A stretch of DNA of 64,000 nucleotides from the NCBI GenBank assembly GCA_001780955.1, contig MFJR01000007.1:75053-139052 (forward strand), in the 5' to 3' direction. This DNA is from Candidatus Gottesmanbacteria bacterium RIFCSPLOWO2_01_FULL_39_12b. Its GTDB lineage: Bacteria; Patescibacteriota; Microgenomatia; 2-02-FULL-39-11. Below the pieces are notes generated by a model that saw nothing but the letters and a program-made list of their open reading frames with translations, was not told the DNA's origin and ran no database searches. The translations under genes were made by a program, and so were the position numbers. Shown one piece after another: positions 9,706-20,447 of this stretch (the first letter of the stretch is position 1; each line of letters begins with the position of its first letter).

Positions 9706-11915
9706 AATTTTATCCACCGGAAATTCACAGCCAGATCTCGATTATCCAGACGACTTAATACCTGCGACGGTTTATAAGTATTTGCGTAAGTAAATCTTAT
9801 TTGATGGACATCTTTTGATATACCGTTTGGGATAGGCAAGTCATATTGTTGCCATTTTGTTGAAAGTAGTTTAGTTGCTAATAGTTTTCCGTCAATAAAG
9901 ACTGTAATTGTTTGCGGCTCTGCAAGAGTTTGCGCTTCAAATGAAAGCTTTTGATAATCATTATTCTTCGCTACCAATCTTAAGGTTGACTCTTTTCCTT
10001 GCGTCCACCTATTGGCACTTTCTTTCACACTCCAGCCGGTTAGGAGTAAACTGTCCTCAGCTTCGCTTTTTCCTAAAGTAATGCTTGAAAGGTTTTCTGA
10101 TCGATCAAGGAGACAAGAAGTACTATCACAGAGTCTTCCCATGAGATAATATGGATTTTCCCAGACGATATTATTTAGTAAAATTTTTGGGGAATTGTAT
10201 ATAATTGACACCTTTGGTATTAGAACAAGACTATTATCTGGTATTATTTTTTTTGTTTTGTCATATTGATAAGGTGAGTAAACAGGGAGCGGATACAAAA
10301 AATATTCAGTCCAAATTTGTCTCCAGTAGCTTTCTAAACCGGAAATAGCCTGATCTGTATAAATCAATTCTTTCAAATTCTTTAGATTGTGAATTTCACC
10401 AAGAGAGATAAGAGATCTGTCAACAATAATGCGTTCTTTGATAAAACGCCGGTTTAGCTTGACAGCAAAAAGAATCTCTAAAGAAAGTAGAATCGTAAGA
10501 ATTCCCATTAAGAGTTTCCTTTTTTTGCTTAAATATTCCAGTAATCCGATAGAGAAAAGTACGATGAAAAATGGAAGAGAATAGGTGAGTGATCTATTAT
10601 ATGCAAAGAAATTATGATGTAAAATCGCTGTCCATGTAAAAAAGAAACTATAAAGAGCTAAAAAACTTACTGCCAGTAATTTATATCTTATAGTAAGAAA
10701 TCCCTTCAGGATAATAAATAAGGTAAGAAGGCTTAATATAGAAGCTGCAATTAAACGCATAGGTTCCATCGCGTGAATACTGTAAAATCCCATTGCTTCA
10801 AAAGGATTAGCATAGGGAATTTTGGTTCGAAATAGTGCCCATCCAATTGGATCGTCAATTTTTGAGGCTTGTATGAAATCAACAACGAAAGACTTTACTA
10901 TGGAAATAGAAGCTGTAATTGCAATAATGATACATATCCTAATTACGGGCAATATTAGTTTTACGCTTTTTTTCAAAAGAGAATAAAGTATTATAAATAA
11001 GATTAGCGGGGGGATAATAAGTATTACGGCTTCGTGATAGGCAAAGTAAAAAACAGTTGTAGTAAATCCAATGATATAATCAAATCTGGTAAAGTTTTTT
11101 TTGAAAGGTTCTGAAGAAGAAAAATATGAAAAGAGAAAAATCAGCAAGAAAAGTTCAACACCCCAGAAAAAAACTTGACCGAAAAAATCATGATATAACA
11201 TATACAGGAGATTAGAATTGAACATAAACAGAAAGGTCGATAAGATAAGACCTAAAATTTTTGGTTTATAGAGGGTTGAAAACAGGATATAAATAAGTGG
11301 AATGGTTAAACCGAATAAAATGGTCTGAAATAAATACGTGTATTGATATCCCTTTATTTGGAAAATGTTGAGGAAGAAGGACGAAAGTAAAGGGGTACCC
11401 CACCTAAATCCACGAAATAATAAATTTCCAGTGACTTCATCTGTTGGTTTTAGATCGATTACTTTTGTCTGAAAATACTCAAAAATTGAATGGTTAACCA
11501 GATATTCAGGTGTTTGTGCGTATACAATAACATCATTATTTCCCATTGAAATAGTTGTGAGTATTTTGTCATTACGTATAAGTGGAGACAAATTGAAAAC
11601 AATACTTGTGGCAATAAGTAAACCAATCAATATATCCTCCTTCAAACGAAAATTATATCGTAATTTCTTCTTCCAGAATGCGTAAAAATTCAAAAAAAGC
11701 AAAAATCCTATAAGATATGGACAAATCTGATTTACCGAAAGACCAGCCAGGCTAAAAATAGTAAGAAAAAATATGAGAAAAACGACTGTAAACCACGGGG
11801 TAAGCCAAAAGGTATAAGGATGCAATTGCTTTGGAGCTAACAGCAAGGTAAGTCCGAAGCCCAAAAAGAATAAAATGAAAATAGTTAGGATTGAATATAG
11901 AAATATTAGAATCAT
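9699..11915 (-). CDS. Large polytopic membrane protein, paralog family 1 member a: ~500 aa TM domain plus a ~230 aa C-terminal extracytoplasmic domain. Candidate GT-C glycosyltransferase or polymerase, unassigned family
   Basis: 738 aa. N-terminus MILIFLYSILTIFILFFLGFGL...WLTPWF and first-loop motif GNNDVIVYA. C-terminal block LLLTGWSVKESANRWTQGKESTLRL...YKPSQVLSRLDNRDLAVNFRWI. Clear paralog of 11925-14144 and 14152-16362. Confidence 0.6.
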   Translation of the reverse strand: MILIFLYSILTIFILFFLGFGLTLLLAPKQLHPYTFWLTPWFTVVFLIFFLTIFSLAGLSVNQICPYLIGFLLFLNFYAFWKKKLRYNFRLKEDILIGLLIATSIVFNLSPLIRNDKILTTISMGNNDVIVYAQTPEYLVNHSIFEYFQTKVIDLKPTDEVTGNLLFRGFRWGTPLLSSFFLNIFQIKGYQYTYLFQTILFGLTIPLIYILFSTLYKPKILGLILSTFLFMFNSNLLYMLYHDFFGQVFFWGVELFLLIFLFSYFSSSEPFKKNFTRFDYIIGFTTTVFYFAYHEAVILIIPPLILFIILYSLLKKSVKLILPVIRICIIIAITASISIVKSFVVDFIQASKIDDPIGWALFRTKIPYANPFEAMGFYSIHAMEPMRLIAASILSLLTLFIILKGFLTIRYKLLAVSFLALYSFFFTWTAILHHNFFAYNRSLTYSLPFFIVLFSIGLLEYLSKKRKLLMGILTILLSLEILFAVKLNRRFIKERIIVDRSLISLGEIHNLKNLKELIYTDQAISGLESYWRQIWTEYFLYPLPVYSPYQYDKTKKIIPDNSLVLIPKVSIIYNSPKILLNNIVWENPYYLMGRLCDSTSCLLDRSENLSSITLGKSEAEDSLLLTGWSVKESANRWTQGKESTLRLVAKNNDYQKLSFEAQTLAEPQTITVFIDGKLLATKLLSTKWQQYDLPIPNGISKDVHQIRFTYANTYKPSQVLSRLDNRDLAVNFRWIKFQ

Positions 11916-11924
11916 TGGTAAATA

Positions 11925-14144
11925 TCAATTCTGTGTAAGCCAAATCCTACGAAAATTCAAAGCGAGATCTCTTGTATCCTGAGTTTTTAAGATTTCAGAC
12001 GGCTTATATGAATATGAGTATGTGAGACGTATTTGGTGAACACCTTTAGGTATTCCTTCCGGAATGTAGAAAGTATACTTTGACCATTGAGTCAAGGCCT
12101 GTTTTGTTCCTAATAGTTTTCCATCAAAATAGACAGTAACAGTTTGTGGCTCCTTTAGTGTTTGAGCTTCAAAAGATACTTGATTAAAGCCAGAATTCCT
12201 AGTAATTAATCGAAGAGTTGATTCTTCCCCTGTCGCCCATCTATTCGTCATCTCTCTTACGCTCCAGCCGGTTAGAAGTAAACTATCCTCTGCTTCACTT
12301 ACCCCTAAAGTAATACTTGAAAGGTTTTCAGGTCGATCAAGAAGACATTCTGTGCTGTTACAGATTCTTCCCAGTTTATAATATGCATTTTCCCAGACGG
12401 TTGATTTAAGGAGTATTTGAGGAGGTTTAAACCATGGTGTAGGTTTAGACAGCAGTATAAGACTATTATCAGGAATTCTATTTTCGAAAGGAGTTACGAT
12501 AGAAGTTAATGAGGGTAATGGTTTACCATTATACAGGAAATAACTTGTCCATATTCGTTTCCACAGAGGAATATTATCATCAATTAATCCCTCCATAAAT
12601 ATCGGTTCGGAAAAAGAATTCGAAGAGGGTAATTCTTGCAGAGAGATTAACGATTTATCAACCACAAGATGTTCACTGCGAAATCTCTTGTTGAGTTTAA
12701 TAGCAGAAAAAAGTTCTAAAATGATAATACCGGCTAAAATATATCTTTTCAGTAAAATACGGTTTTTGACGATCTGTGTAATACCGATAGAAAATAAGAC
12801 AAGAATAAGCGGTAAATTAAAGGTGAGGCTTCTGTTATAAGCCCAAAAATTTGGATAAATAAAGGAATAGAGGAAGAGAATAAAAGAATAAAAAGCTATG
12901 TAGCAAAAGAGAAAAAGTCGATTTTTTGACTTAAATAAACCATAAAAAATGATTACGATCGTTCCTAAGCTCAAAAGAATAGCAATAAAGATCGGAAGAG
13001 GTTCAAAAGAGTGAATACTATATAAACCTATCATTTCAAATGGATTTGCATACGGAATGCTATTGCGGAAAAGTGTCCATCCGATAGGCTGATTTGGATT
13101 TGCGCCAATAGATTGATAATAATTAACAATAATAGATTTTATGATAGTAGAGAAACTGGTTAGACCTGTAATTAACATTACTTTAATTAGTGACCAAAAA
13201 TTACCCGATTTGCCATTTTTGAGGAGTAGTTGAATTACATAGAACAATAAAAGAGGGAATAAAACAAAAATGGCACCTTCATGATAGGAAAAAAATAGAA
13301 CACTAATACTTATTCCCAAGGTAATATCATATAAATTTATTAATTTAGTTTTAGTTTTAGCCCCAAAGATATAAGCAATTAAAAATATTAAAATGAATAA
13401 CTCAAGACCCCAATACAATATTTGTCCTGAGAAGTTATGGTAAAGTATATAAAGTAGATTTGAATTGAATGCCGTAACGGTCAGAATCAATACTAGAGAT
13501 ATTAGTGATGGCCTAAAAATGATTTTGGCTAAGATATACCCTAAGGGTAACATCAGAGAATAAATAACCGCGTGAAAAATTGATATATACTGATAAGCTT
13601 TTAAATTAAAAATCATTTGAAAAAATGAGATGACGATTGGAGGTCCCCATCTGTTTCTTTCGACTAATAAATCACCGACTTCAGTTGGTATATTTCCTTT
13701 AACACTATCAGTTATTGGGTGCTTTATAAGATAATCGGAATTGACTGCATAATCGATAATATCATTATTTCCCAGAGACAGGCTTGTCGGATATCGGTAA
13801 TACCTAAATAAAGGAGACAGGTTAGATAAGATACTAATGATTATTATTGCTCCGATGATAAAATCTTCTTTTAAATTGATTTTAAATATTGTTTTATTTT
13901 TAATAAATACATAAAAATTGGTAAATGATAATAGAACAAATAATGGAGCTATTATTTTTGAAATACTGAAACCCATCCGTCCAAAAATCACCAGAATAAA
14001 TATCAATATTACAATTGCATACCACGGTGTGAGCCAAAGCCTGTGTTTTTTAAGAGCTCGGGGCGTTAACAGGTATCCTAGTCCGTATCCTGAATAAAAC
14101 AGGATAAAAATTGTAGCAAAAGAATAAAATAGTATCGATATCAT
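11925..14144 (-). CDS. Large polytopic membrane protein, paralog family 1 member b
   Basis: 739 aa. MISILFYSFATIFILFYSGYGL...WLTPWY, SLGNNDIIDYA. C-terminus LLLTGWSVREMTNRWATGEESTLRL...YKPSEILKTQDTRDLALNFRRI. Confidence 0.6.
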   Translation of the reverse strand: MISILFYSFATIFILFYSGYGLGYLLTPRALKKHRLWLTPWYAIVILIFILVIFGRMGFSISKIIAPLFVLLSFTNFYVFIKNKTIFKINLKEDFIIGAIIIISILSNLSPLFRYYRYPTSLSLGNNDIIDYAVNSDYLIKHPITDSVKGNIPTEVGDLLVERNRWGPPIVISFFQMIFNLKAYQYISIFHAVIYSLMLPLGYILAKIIFRPSLISLVLILTVTAFNSNLLYILYHNFSGQILYWGLELFILIFLIAYIFGAKTKTKLINLYDITLGISISVLFFSYHEGAIFVLFPLLLFYVIQLLLKNGKSGNFWSLIKVMLITGLTSFSTIIKSIIVNYYQSIGANPNQPIGWTLFRNSIPYANPFEMIGLYSIHSFEPLPIFIAILLSLGTIVIIFYGLFKSKNRLFLFCYIAFYSFILFLYSFIYPNFWAYNRSLTFNLPLILVLFSIGITQIVKNRILLKRYILAGIIILELFSAIKLNKRFRSEHLVVDKSLISLQELPSSNSFSEPIFMEGLIDDNIPLWKRIWTSYFLYNGKPLPSLTSIVTPFENRIPDNSLILLSKPTPWFKPPQILLKSTVWENAYYKLGRICNSTECLLDRPENLSSITLGVSEAEDSLLLTGWSVREMTNRWATGEESTLRLITRNSGFNQVSFEAQTLKEPQTVTVYFDGKLLGTKQALTQWSKYTFYIPEGIPKGVHQIRLTYSYSYKPSEILKTQDTRDLALNFRRIWLTQN

Positions 14145-14151
14145 AGCGAGG

Positions 14152-16362
14152 CTACGTTTTTATGAATCGTATCCATCTGAAATTCACCGCAAGATCCCGT
14201 GCATCTTGATTTTTAAGTATCTCAGAAGGTTTATACGTGTGTGTGTATTGAAAGCGTACAGTATGTATCCCCTGGGATATTCCTCCGGGAATCTGAAATG
14301 TATAAGTTGACCAGTTCGTTGTGAGCGGTTGTGTTCCGGCAAACGTATCATCAATAGAAACACTGATAGTTTGTGGTTCAGAAAGGCTATATGCCTGGAA
14401 GGCTAACTGTGTATACCACTCTTTCGTAACAAGTCGAAGAGTAGATTCTTTACCAGTTGACCATCTGCTGGTTGACTCTTTGCCGCTCCAACCCGAAATG
14501 AGAAGACTATCTTCAAAAGTTGTTTCTCCCATAGTAACACCAGAGAGATTTTCCGGTCTATCCAAAAGGCACTCTCGGCTGTTACAGAGGCGTCCTAAAA
14601 CATAATATTTATTTTCCCAGATGAGAGGAGATTTGAGGAGGATTTGTGGGGGATTGGACCGTGGTGCGGGTTTAGAAAGAAGAATAAGACTGTTATCCTG
14701 AGGTTTTTTTTGGGATTTTTTTGGATGCAGGAAATATTCTGTCCATAATGCTTTCCATAAAGGAATTTCTCCAATGAGTTCGTACTCAGTATACATTGGT
14801 TCATTTAATAAACCTAAGTCTTTTATATTTAATTGGGTAAGTGATACAAAAGATTGGTTGACTGATACATATTCCTGATTCATTCGTTTATTTAATTTTA
14901 CAGCAGAAAATAGTACTAAACTGATAAGTGCAATAGCTATGACCGTGGTGGATTTCTTTTTTATCAAAAAAAATTCGTTTAAACCGATAGTAAAAAGAAC
15001 TAATATGAATGGTAAGGTATATGTCACTGCCCGATAATAATCAAAAAAATTATGTTGAACTAGAGACGTCCAATAATACAAAAACACATAGACGATCAAA
15101 AAACTGGTTAAAAGAAGTCTGTTTTTAGATTTCAGGAGACCAAAGAGTATGGTTATGACGACTAATAAACTTACCAATATCGCAAGAATAACCGGTAGAG
15201 GTTCGAAGGCGTGCATGCTATAGAAACCCATCATTTCAAATGGATTTGGATACGGCACGTTGTTTCTAAATGCCTGCCAGCCAATAACTGCATTTTTATC
15301 CGTGTAATTCTTAAGAAATCGAGTGATAGTTTCATTGGCCCCAAAGAAAAAAGGGATAGAGCTGGTAATAATGGTAATAATAAATATTTTAGATAAGGCC
15401 GGCCAGTAATCGAAAGTAAATTTTTTTAAAAAAAATCGTAACAGAACAAATACCGCCAATGGACCAATAACAAAAATTCCTCCATAGTAATATGAATAAT
15501 ATATAACTGCTAATGTTATACCGAGGATAATATCGTATAGAGCCACCTCTCTTTTTGCTGGTTCGTTTGAACCAAAATATAAAAAGAGAAATATAAGAAA
15601 AAAAGTATAAAGCCCGAGGAATAAAATATGGCCAAAAAAGTTGTGGTAAAGAATATACAGTAAATTGACATTAAAAGTAGCGAATATAAGGATTGAGAAT
15701 AAGCTAAAGAGAGTTGGTTTATATAGGATTTTCAGAAGAATAAATACTAAAGGAATGTGTAAGGCATATAATATTACTTGGGATAAGTACGTGTATTGAT
15801 ATCCCTGCAGGTGGAAAAGGTTTTGAAAAAAAGCAGCAAAAATTGGAGGTCCCCAACGGTAGATATTGTGAAACATATCATATACATTCGCATTTGCATT
15901 TAATACATTCTGACGCAGTAATGCAACATTTTTATACATAAGGGTATCTATAATATAATCAGAACTGGCTGCATAATTTACCGCATCATTATTTCCTAGA
16001 GATACTGTGGTGAGAAATTTTTCGTATTTGATCAAAGACATAAGATTAAAGAAAATACTTACCAGAACAAAACAAGCAATAATCACATCTTCCTTATTTA
16101 CGCGAGGGCCCTTAGTTTTTAAAAAAACGTATATGTTAAGTAATAGAAGAGAACCGATGATAATAGGTGATGCCTGGCGAACTGTAAATCCAAGCAGATT
16201 AAGAATAATGAGGATAAATACAAGAAAGATTATAGTAAACCAGGGCGAAAGCCAAAGTGCGTATAATTGAAGTTTTTTTGGTAGAAAAAAGTGAGTTATG
16301 CCATATCCCAAGAAGAATAAAACCAAAATTGTCGCGAGTGAATAGAAAAATATCGAAATCAT
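14152..16362 (-). CDS. Large polytopic membrane protein, paralog family 1 member c
   Basis: 736 aa. MISIFFYSLATILVLFFLGYGI...WLSPWF, SLGNNDAVNYA. C-terminus LLISGWSGKESTSRWSTGKESTLRL...YKPSEILKNQDARDLAVNFRWI. Confidence 0.6.
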   Translation of the reverse strand: MISIFFYSLATILVLFFLGYGITHFFLPKKLQLYALWLSPWFTIIFLVFILIILNLLGFTVRQASPIIIGSLLLLNIYVFLKTKGPRVNKEDVIIACFVLVSIFFNLMSLIKYEKFLTTVSLGNNDAVNYAASSDYIIDTLMYKNVALLRQNVLNANANVYDMFHNIYRWGPPIFAAFFQNLFHLQGYQYTYLSQVILYALHIPLVFILLKILYKPTLFSLFSILIFATFNVNLLYILYHNFFGHILFLGLYTFFLIFLFLYFGSNEPAKREVALYDIILGITLAVIYYSYYYGGIFVIGPLAVFVLLRFFLKKFTFDYWPALSKIFIITIITSSIPFFFGANETITRFLKNYTDKNAVIGWQAFRNNVPYPNPFEMMGFYSMHAFEPLPVILAILVSLLVVITILFGLLKSKNRLLLTSFLIVYVFLYYWTSLVQHNFFDYYRAVTYTLPFILVLFTIGLNEFFLIKKKSTTVIAIALISLVLFSAVKLNKRMNQEYVSVNQSFVSLTQLNIKDLGLLNEPMYTEYELIGEIPLWKALWTEYFLHPKKSQKKPQDNSLILLSKPAPRSNPPQILLKSPLIWENKYYVLGRLCNSRECLLDRPENLSGVTMGETTFEDSLLISGWSGKESTSRWSTGKESTLRLVTKEWYTQLAFQAYSLSEPQTISVSIDDTFAGTQPLTTNWSTYTFQIPGGISQGIHTVRFQYTHTYKPSEILKNQDARDLAVNFRWIRFIKT

Positions 16363-18170
16363 GGAAGGTCATCTATTCTTTTCATAGGAGTAATTGTACC
16401 TAATTGATAATAATCATTCTCCCAAATTTTATTTGTATATATTAACTTCTTCCCTTCTCGCTCCAGATAATTTTTTTCAGCAAGAACTAATCTGATATTC
16501 GCTACATTATCTTTTTCTGTTACAAGGTTTTGCAAAGTAACAATATCTCTATCCATTAAAAAATATTCACGCCACAGTCTTTTCCACAGATTGTCTTCTC
16601 CAAGATACACATCAGAGGTAAAAAATGGTTCTATGATGTCTTTCTTCTTATTCAGTTGCGTGAGTGAAATAAGTGATTTATCAACAACTTGCGCATGCCA
16701 ATATAATTGATAGAGAGTTCTCTGTGCTGACCGAAAAGATAAAAAAAGAAAAAGTACAATAATAGTGAACTTTATCATTTTATTTTTTATCAGTGAGAAT
16801 AGAAAGCACATCCCTATACTAAAAAGAGCAGAATAAAGAAAAAGAGTATAGGTGATTGCTCGATGGAAACTAAAAAAATTTGGGAAAATCCATCTTAAAC
16901 TTACATAAAATGGTATCCATGCTAAAAGAAGGGAGAGAATAAAAAGTTTCTTTCTTAAATTTATAATTCCCAGTAACCATATAACCGCTATAGGAAAACC
17001 AAAAATGATATCAAGGAAGACAGGTAAATCTTTGGAGTGATAAAGGTTGTAAAATCCTGTCATATCGAGCGGGGAAGCAAAAGGAATATGTTCCCACCCG
17101 ATAAAGGAGCTTTGTGTCGAGGAAGTAATTATCTTCACATTTTGCCCAATAGCAGTGCCTGCTGTTATAGGGTTAATAACCAAAGTCAAGAGAAGGATTT
17201 TGAGAAAATATATTCCGTGTATCGGATTCCTATCTTTAAGGAGGCTCAAAATTCCAAAAACAAGAAGCGGCAGGATGGCAAAAATGAGTCCTTCAGGATA
17301 AATTGTTGTTATTGCAGATAATGCAAGAGCGATTAATAAATCATACGAATTAAAGTTCCTCAGATCTTTTTTTTCTTCAGAAATATATGCATGAAAGAGG
17401 ATGACCACAAGAATAAAAATCCCGGTGAAAATAAACTGAGCGTAGAAAACGTTATAGAGCATGTACAGGAGAGTAGCATTTAAGGAAAAAGTAATAAAAG
17501 AAAAAGAGAGAATATGCATATTGTGCTTTTGGCTTAATCGTTTTGCCAATATGTATACCAGCGGAAAAGAAAAAGTGAAAAAGATAGTGATAATGGTAGA
17601 ATAAATCTGATAGGATTTAAGCCTGAAAACGTATGAAAAAAAGCTTAACAGGATGGGGCTTCCCCAACGAAAACCTGCATGAAGAAGGTCTCCTGTTGCT
17701 CCAAGATAGGGTTTATAATGCTCAAACGTTCCTCCTTCCAAGACGGTGTGGTTGATAAGGAAATCTCCAACGGGGGTATAAGAAAGAGGATCGAGATTGC
17801 TTAAGGAAATAGTAGTTGGGAACCCAACTTTTGTTAACAGAGGAAATAAATTAAAGAAAAGAGTAAATCCAACAAGAAGAGTCGTAAAAAGAAATTCGAG
17901 GGTCAAAAAAGGAAGGGTCTTTCGCGCAATGAGACTAGCAATAAATAAAATGCCGGCACAAGCAAGAATAAAATATGCACTTTTTGCAACAGGAATTTGG
18001 GCAAGATTAAAAATAATACTCAGAACTGCAATAAGAATAGTTCCCACCCATGGAGTAAACCAAATAGCGTCTTTTCGTAGATTTTTGGGAATAAGCAAAG
18101 CTGTAAATCCATATCCAACAAAAAATAAAACAGCAATGATTTTTACTAAAAGTATAATAATGTCAATCAT
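16359..18170 (-). CDS. Polytopic membrane protein, paralog family 1 member d, lacking the C-terminal soluble domain
   Basis: 603 aa. MIDIIILLVKIIAVLFFVGYGF...WFTPWV, SLSNLDPLSYT. It ends soon after the TM region. ATGA overlap with member c. Confidence 0.55.
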   Translation of the reverse strand: MIDIIILLVKIIAVLFFVGYGFTALLIPKNLRKDAIWFTPWVGTILIAVLSIIFNLAQIPVAKSAYFILACAGILFIASLIARKTLPFLTLEFLFTTLLVGFTLFFNLFPLLTKVGFPTTISLSNLDPLSYTPVGDFLINHTVLEGGTFEHYKPYLGATGDLLHAGFRWGSPILLSFFSYVFRLKSYQIYSTIITIFFTFSFPLVYILAKRLSQKHNMHILSFSFITFSLNATLLYMLYNVFYAQFIFTGIFILVVILFHAYISEEKKDLRNFNSYDLLIALALSAITTIYPEGLIFAILPLLVFGILSLLKDRNPIHGIYFLKILLLTLVINPITAGTAIGQNVKIITSSTQSSFIGWEHIPFASPLDMTGFYNLYHSKDLPVFLDIIFGFPIAVIWLLGIINLRKKLFILSLLLAWIPFYVSLRWIFPNFFSFHRAITYTLFLYSALFSIGMCFLFSLIKNKMIKFTIIVLFLFLSFRSAQRTLYQLYWHAQVVDKSLISLTQLNKKKDIIEPFFTSDVYLGEDNLWKRLWREYFLMDRDIVTLQNLVTEKDNVANIRLVLAEKNYLEREGKKLIYTNKIWENDYYQLGTITPMKRIDDLP

Positions 18171-20416
18171 TATTTTATTTCCTCCAAAGAGATATGCGTA
18201 AATTTTGCAGAAAGTAATCTATTATCAAAATTGCCAGGGATTACTTCAGAAGGTCGATAGTCGGAAGAGAAAAGAAAATAGACAAAATTAATACCTTCAC
18301 TTAGTTCTTGATTGATTGGTATAGAGAAATTTTCTAAATTAGTAGTTAGTTTTATTTCTGTAATCTTTTTTTTGTTTAAATATATTTTCGTTTTTAGATC
18401 TTTATAAAAAGCCGCAGCTCGAAAATTCAAGTTAAATTTACGTGGTTTTAGCACTTTGAACATAATTGAAGCGTTCTTCCAAGACCAACGAAAACCCTCT
18501 TCTCTAACATTCCACCCGGCACCTAAAAACATATCATCATCTAAAGATCCGATATCAATAGCTAAATATTCCTTTTTATCCGGATTTCTTTGCCAAAGAG
18601 AAAAATGGTTATCTGTAAGCGTTTTATTAAATCCTAAGCTGGTGAGTCCTGCGGAAATAGTGCCAGCAAAGGTTCGATTATCATCAAGAAGAAAATACTT
18701 CAAATCAAGAAAATTAATGCTGTCAATACTTCTCTTATAATCCAATGTTTTCCAGCGGGATAGGTCACTTTTATCAACTCCTCCATTATATTCCAAATTA
18801 TCATCCATTAATCTTCCCATATATCCCAAAAACGGATTTCTTTTATAATAATCCGATTTAAAATAAGGTATTCTTCCCATATATCCAGCTAAAACGGGTT
18901 TTTTATGTATATTTTGTCCTTCTACAAACTCCAATCCATTACTATTACCAAAATAAGTAAATCCGTCTCTTACTACAGATGGAGCCTCCATAACAGTTAT
19001 GTTACTAGGATCGTTTGCAATAGCTTTATATGCATTATATGGAATATATCGCTGAGGCGGAACAGGTATTTTGAAATAATGGTCGAGAAAAAAAATAGCT
19101 ATGAAAATAAAGAAAAAAATAGTTTTTATTTTTTTCCCTTTACCCGATAACAAATAGTCAAATAAATACGCGCAGATAATATAGGAAAAAAATATGAAAG
19201 CTACAATTAGACGACCCGGAATTCTAATGTTTGCCATAAAAGGAAGATAATGGAAGATAACAAACGGTAATGGGATAACTATTCGGATTTCATCATCCAG
19301 GGTAAATCCCCATTTACCTAATATATGAAGAAATGGTCCAAGAGTGAGAATCCAAAAAACTCCGGAAATATATAAATATGGTCTAATAAGCAGATAAAGC
19401 TTAGGTGGAAGTTTATTTTTTAATTTTAGTATAAATAAAGTGATAAAAGTAAAAATTATAAAAAGTCCCGGGTAACTAAAATTTTCAAAAATTCGCGAAG
19501 CAAATTTGAAATGAGTACCCCAGAAACCCGCTATTGGACTTAGAAAGTAGCTATAAATACTCGGGATAAAAAATCCAAACAGATCAGAAGAAAATTCTAT
19601 TGCGCCTCCCCACCCGTTAGTTTTAGGTAGCCCTTCAAATAGGTATGTTTCATATAGGACTTTGAGCCATGGAATAAGAAAGGTTACAATCAAAAGAATA
19701 CTAAGAAGTATATATTTCAGATTATCTTTGACTACATGAAGAAAAGATTTTTGTGAGAATATAAGACCATAAATTGCAAATAGAGAAATAGATAAGACAA
19801 TCATTATGAAATAATATAAATTTAAATAAAGAGAGAGAACAAAAAATAATGCAGTCCCAGCTGAAAATAGAAATTTGGTCTTTTGGTCAAATTCTTTGAA
19901 TAATGAATACCCACAAAGGAAAAACCAGGGAAATACATAAGTTGACATGAAATTTAAATGACCCACACGTGGCGTGAGAAATGTCATATAACCGAACGCC
20001 AATCCTAATAAGTATGAAGTCATTTGCGAAATTCCCAGTTTCCGCAGTAACAGATACATTCCAATGTTGGAAAATATTAAGCCTGCAGCGACTATAATGG
20101 CTAAAGATTGGTGCTCCGAAAAGAAAGGCCTAAGTAATACAAAATAAAATCCATTTCCTGAATCTGTAGAAGTAAAATCTAATCCGAAAGGATACAAGAC
20201 TGCGTTTGAGTGTGCAAAGGGATTTTTCCCACTCATAATGTTCTGATAGACTTTATCCATTGCCCATTCCGCAACAAACACCTCTCCATATCTTGCTCCT
20301 ACTTTTGAATTATCAAAAAAAATTTCTGCCCAAAAAGAATGAAAAAATACAAGATTCACTAAAAAATATCCGCAAAGGAAAAAAATAGAGGTATATTTGT
20401 TTAGAATTTGTTTCAT
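18170..20416 (-). CDS. Large polytopic membrane protein, paralog family 2 member a, with a C-terminal extracytoplasmic domain related to that of family 1
   Basis: 748 aa. Motifs NPFAHSNAVLYPFGLDF, GWGGAIEFSSDLFGFFIPS, PLPFVIFHYLPFMANIRIPGR. C-terminus GAGWNVREEGFRWSW...YRPSEVIPGNFDNRLLSAKF. Confidence 0.6.
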   Translation of the reverse strand: MKQILNKYTSIFFLCGYFLVNLVFFHSFWAEIFFDNSKVGARYGEVFVAEWAMDKVYQNIMSGKNPFAHSNAVLYPFGLDFTSTDSGNGFYFVLLRPFFSEHQSLAIIVAAGLIFSNIGMYLLLRKLGISQMTSYLLGLAFGYMTFLTPRVGHLNFMSTYVFPWFFLCGYSLFKEFDQKTKFLFSAGTALFFVLSLYLNLYYFIMIVLSISLFAIYGLIFSQKSFLHVVKDNLKYILLSILLIVTFLIPWLKVLYETYLFEGLPKTNGWGGAIEFSSDLFGFFIPSIYSYFLSPIAGFWGTHFKFASRIFENFSYPGLFIIFTFITLFILKLKNKLPPKLYLLIRPYLYISGVFWILTLGPFLHILGKWGFTLDDEIRIVIPLPFVIFHYLPFMANIRIPGRLIVAFIFFSYIICAYLFDYLLSGKGKKIKTIFFFIFIAIFFLDHYFKIPVPPQRYIPYNAYKAIANDPSNITVMEAPSVVRDGFTYFGNSNGLEFVEGQNIHKKPVLAGYMGRIPYFKSDYYKRNPFLGYMGRLMDDNLEYNGGVDKSDLSRWKTLDYKRSIDSINFLDLKYFLLDDNRTFAGTISAGLTSLGFNKTLTDNHFSLWQRNPDKKEYLAIDIGSLDDDMFLGAGWNVREEGFRWSWKNASIMFKVLKPRKFNLNFRAAAFYKDLKTKIYLNKKKITEIKLTTNLENFSIPINQELSEGINFVYFLFSSDYRPSEVIPGNFDNRLLSAKFTHISLEEIK

Positions 20417-20447
20417 AATATGGTAAAAATTACCTTATTGTATTACA

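Noticed and set aside
11752-11943. 63-aa ORF bridging the junction between paralogs a and b
   Set aside because: It overlaps the start of 9699-11915 and the stop of 11925-14144 in antisense-like fashion. It is a hydrophobic read-through of TM-coding sequence with no independent signal.
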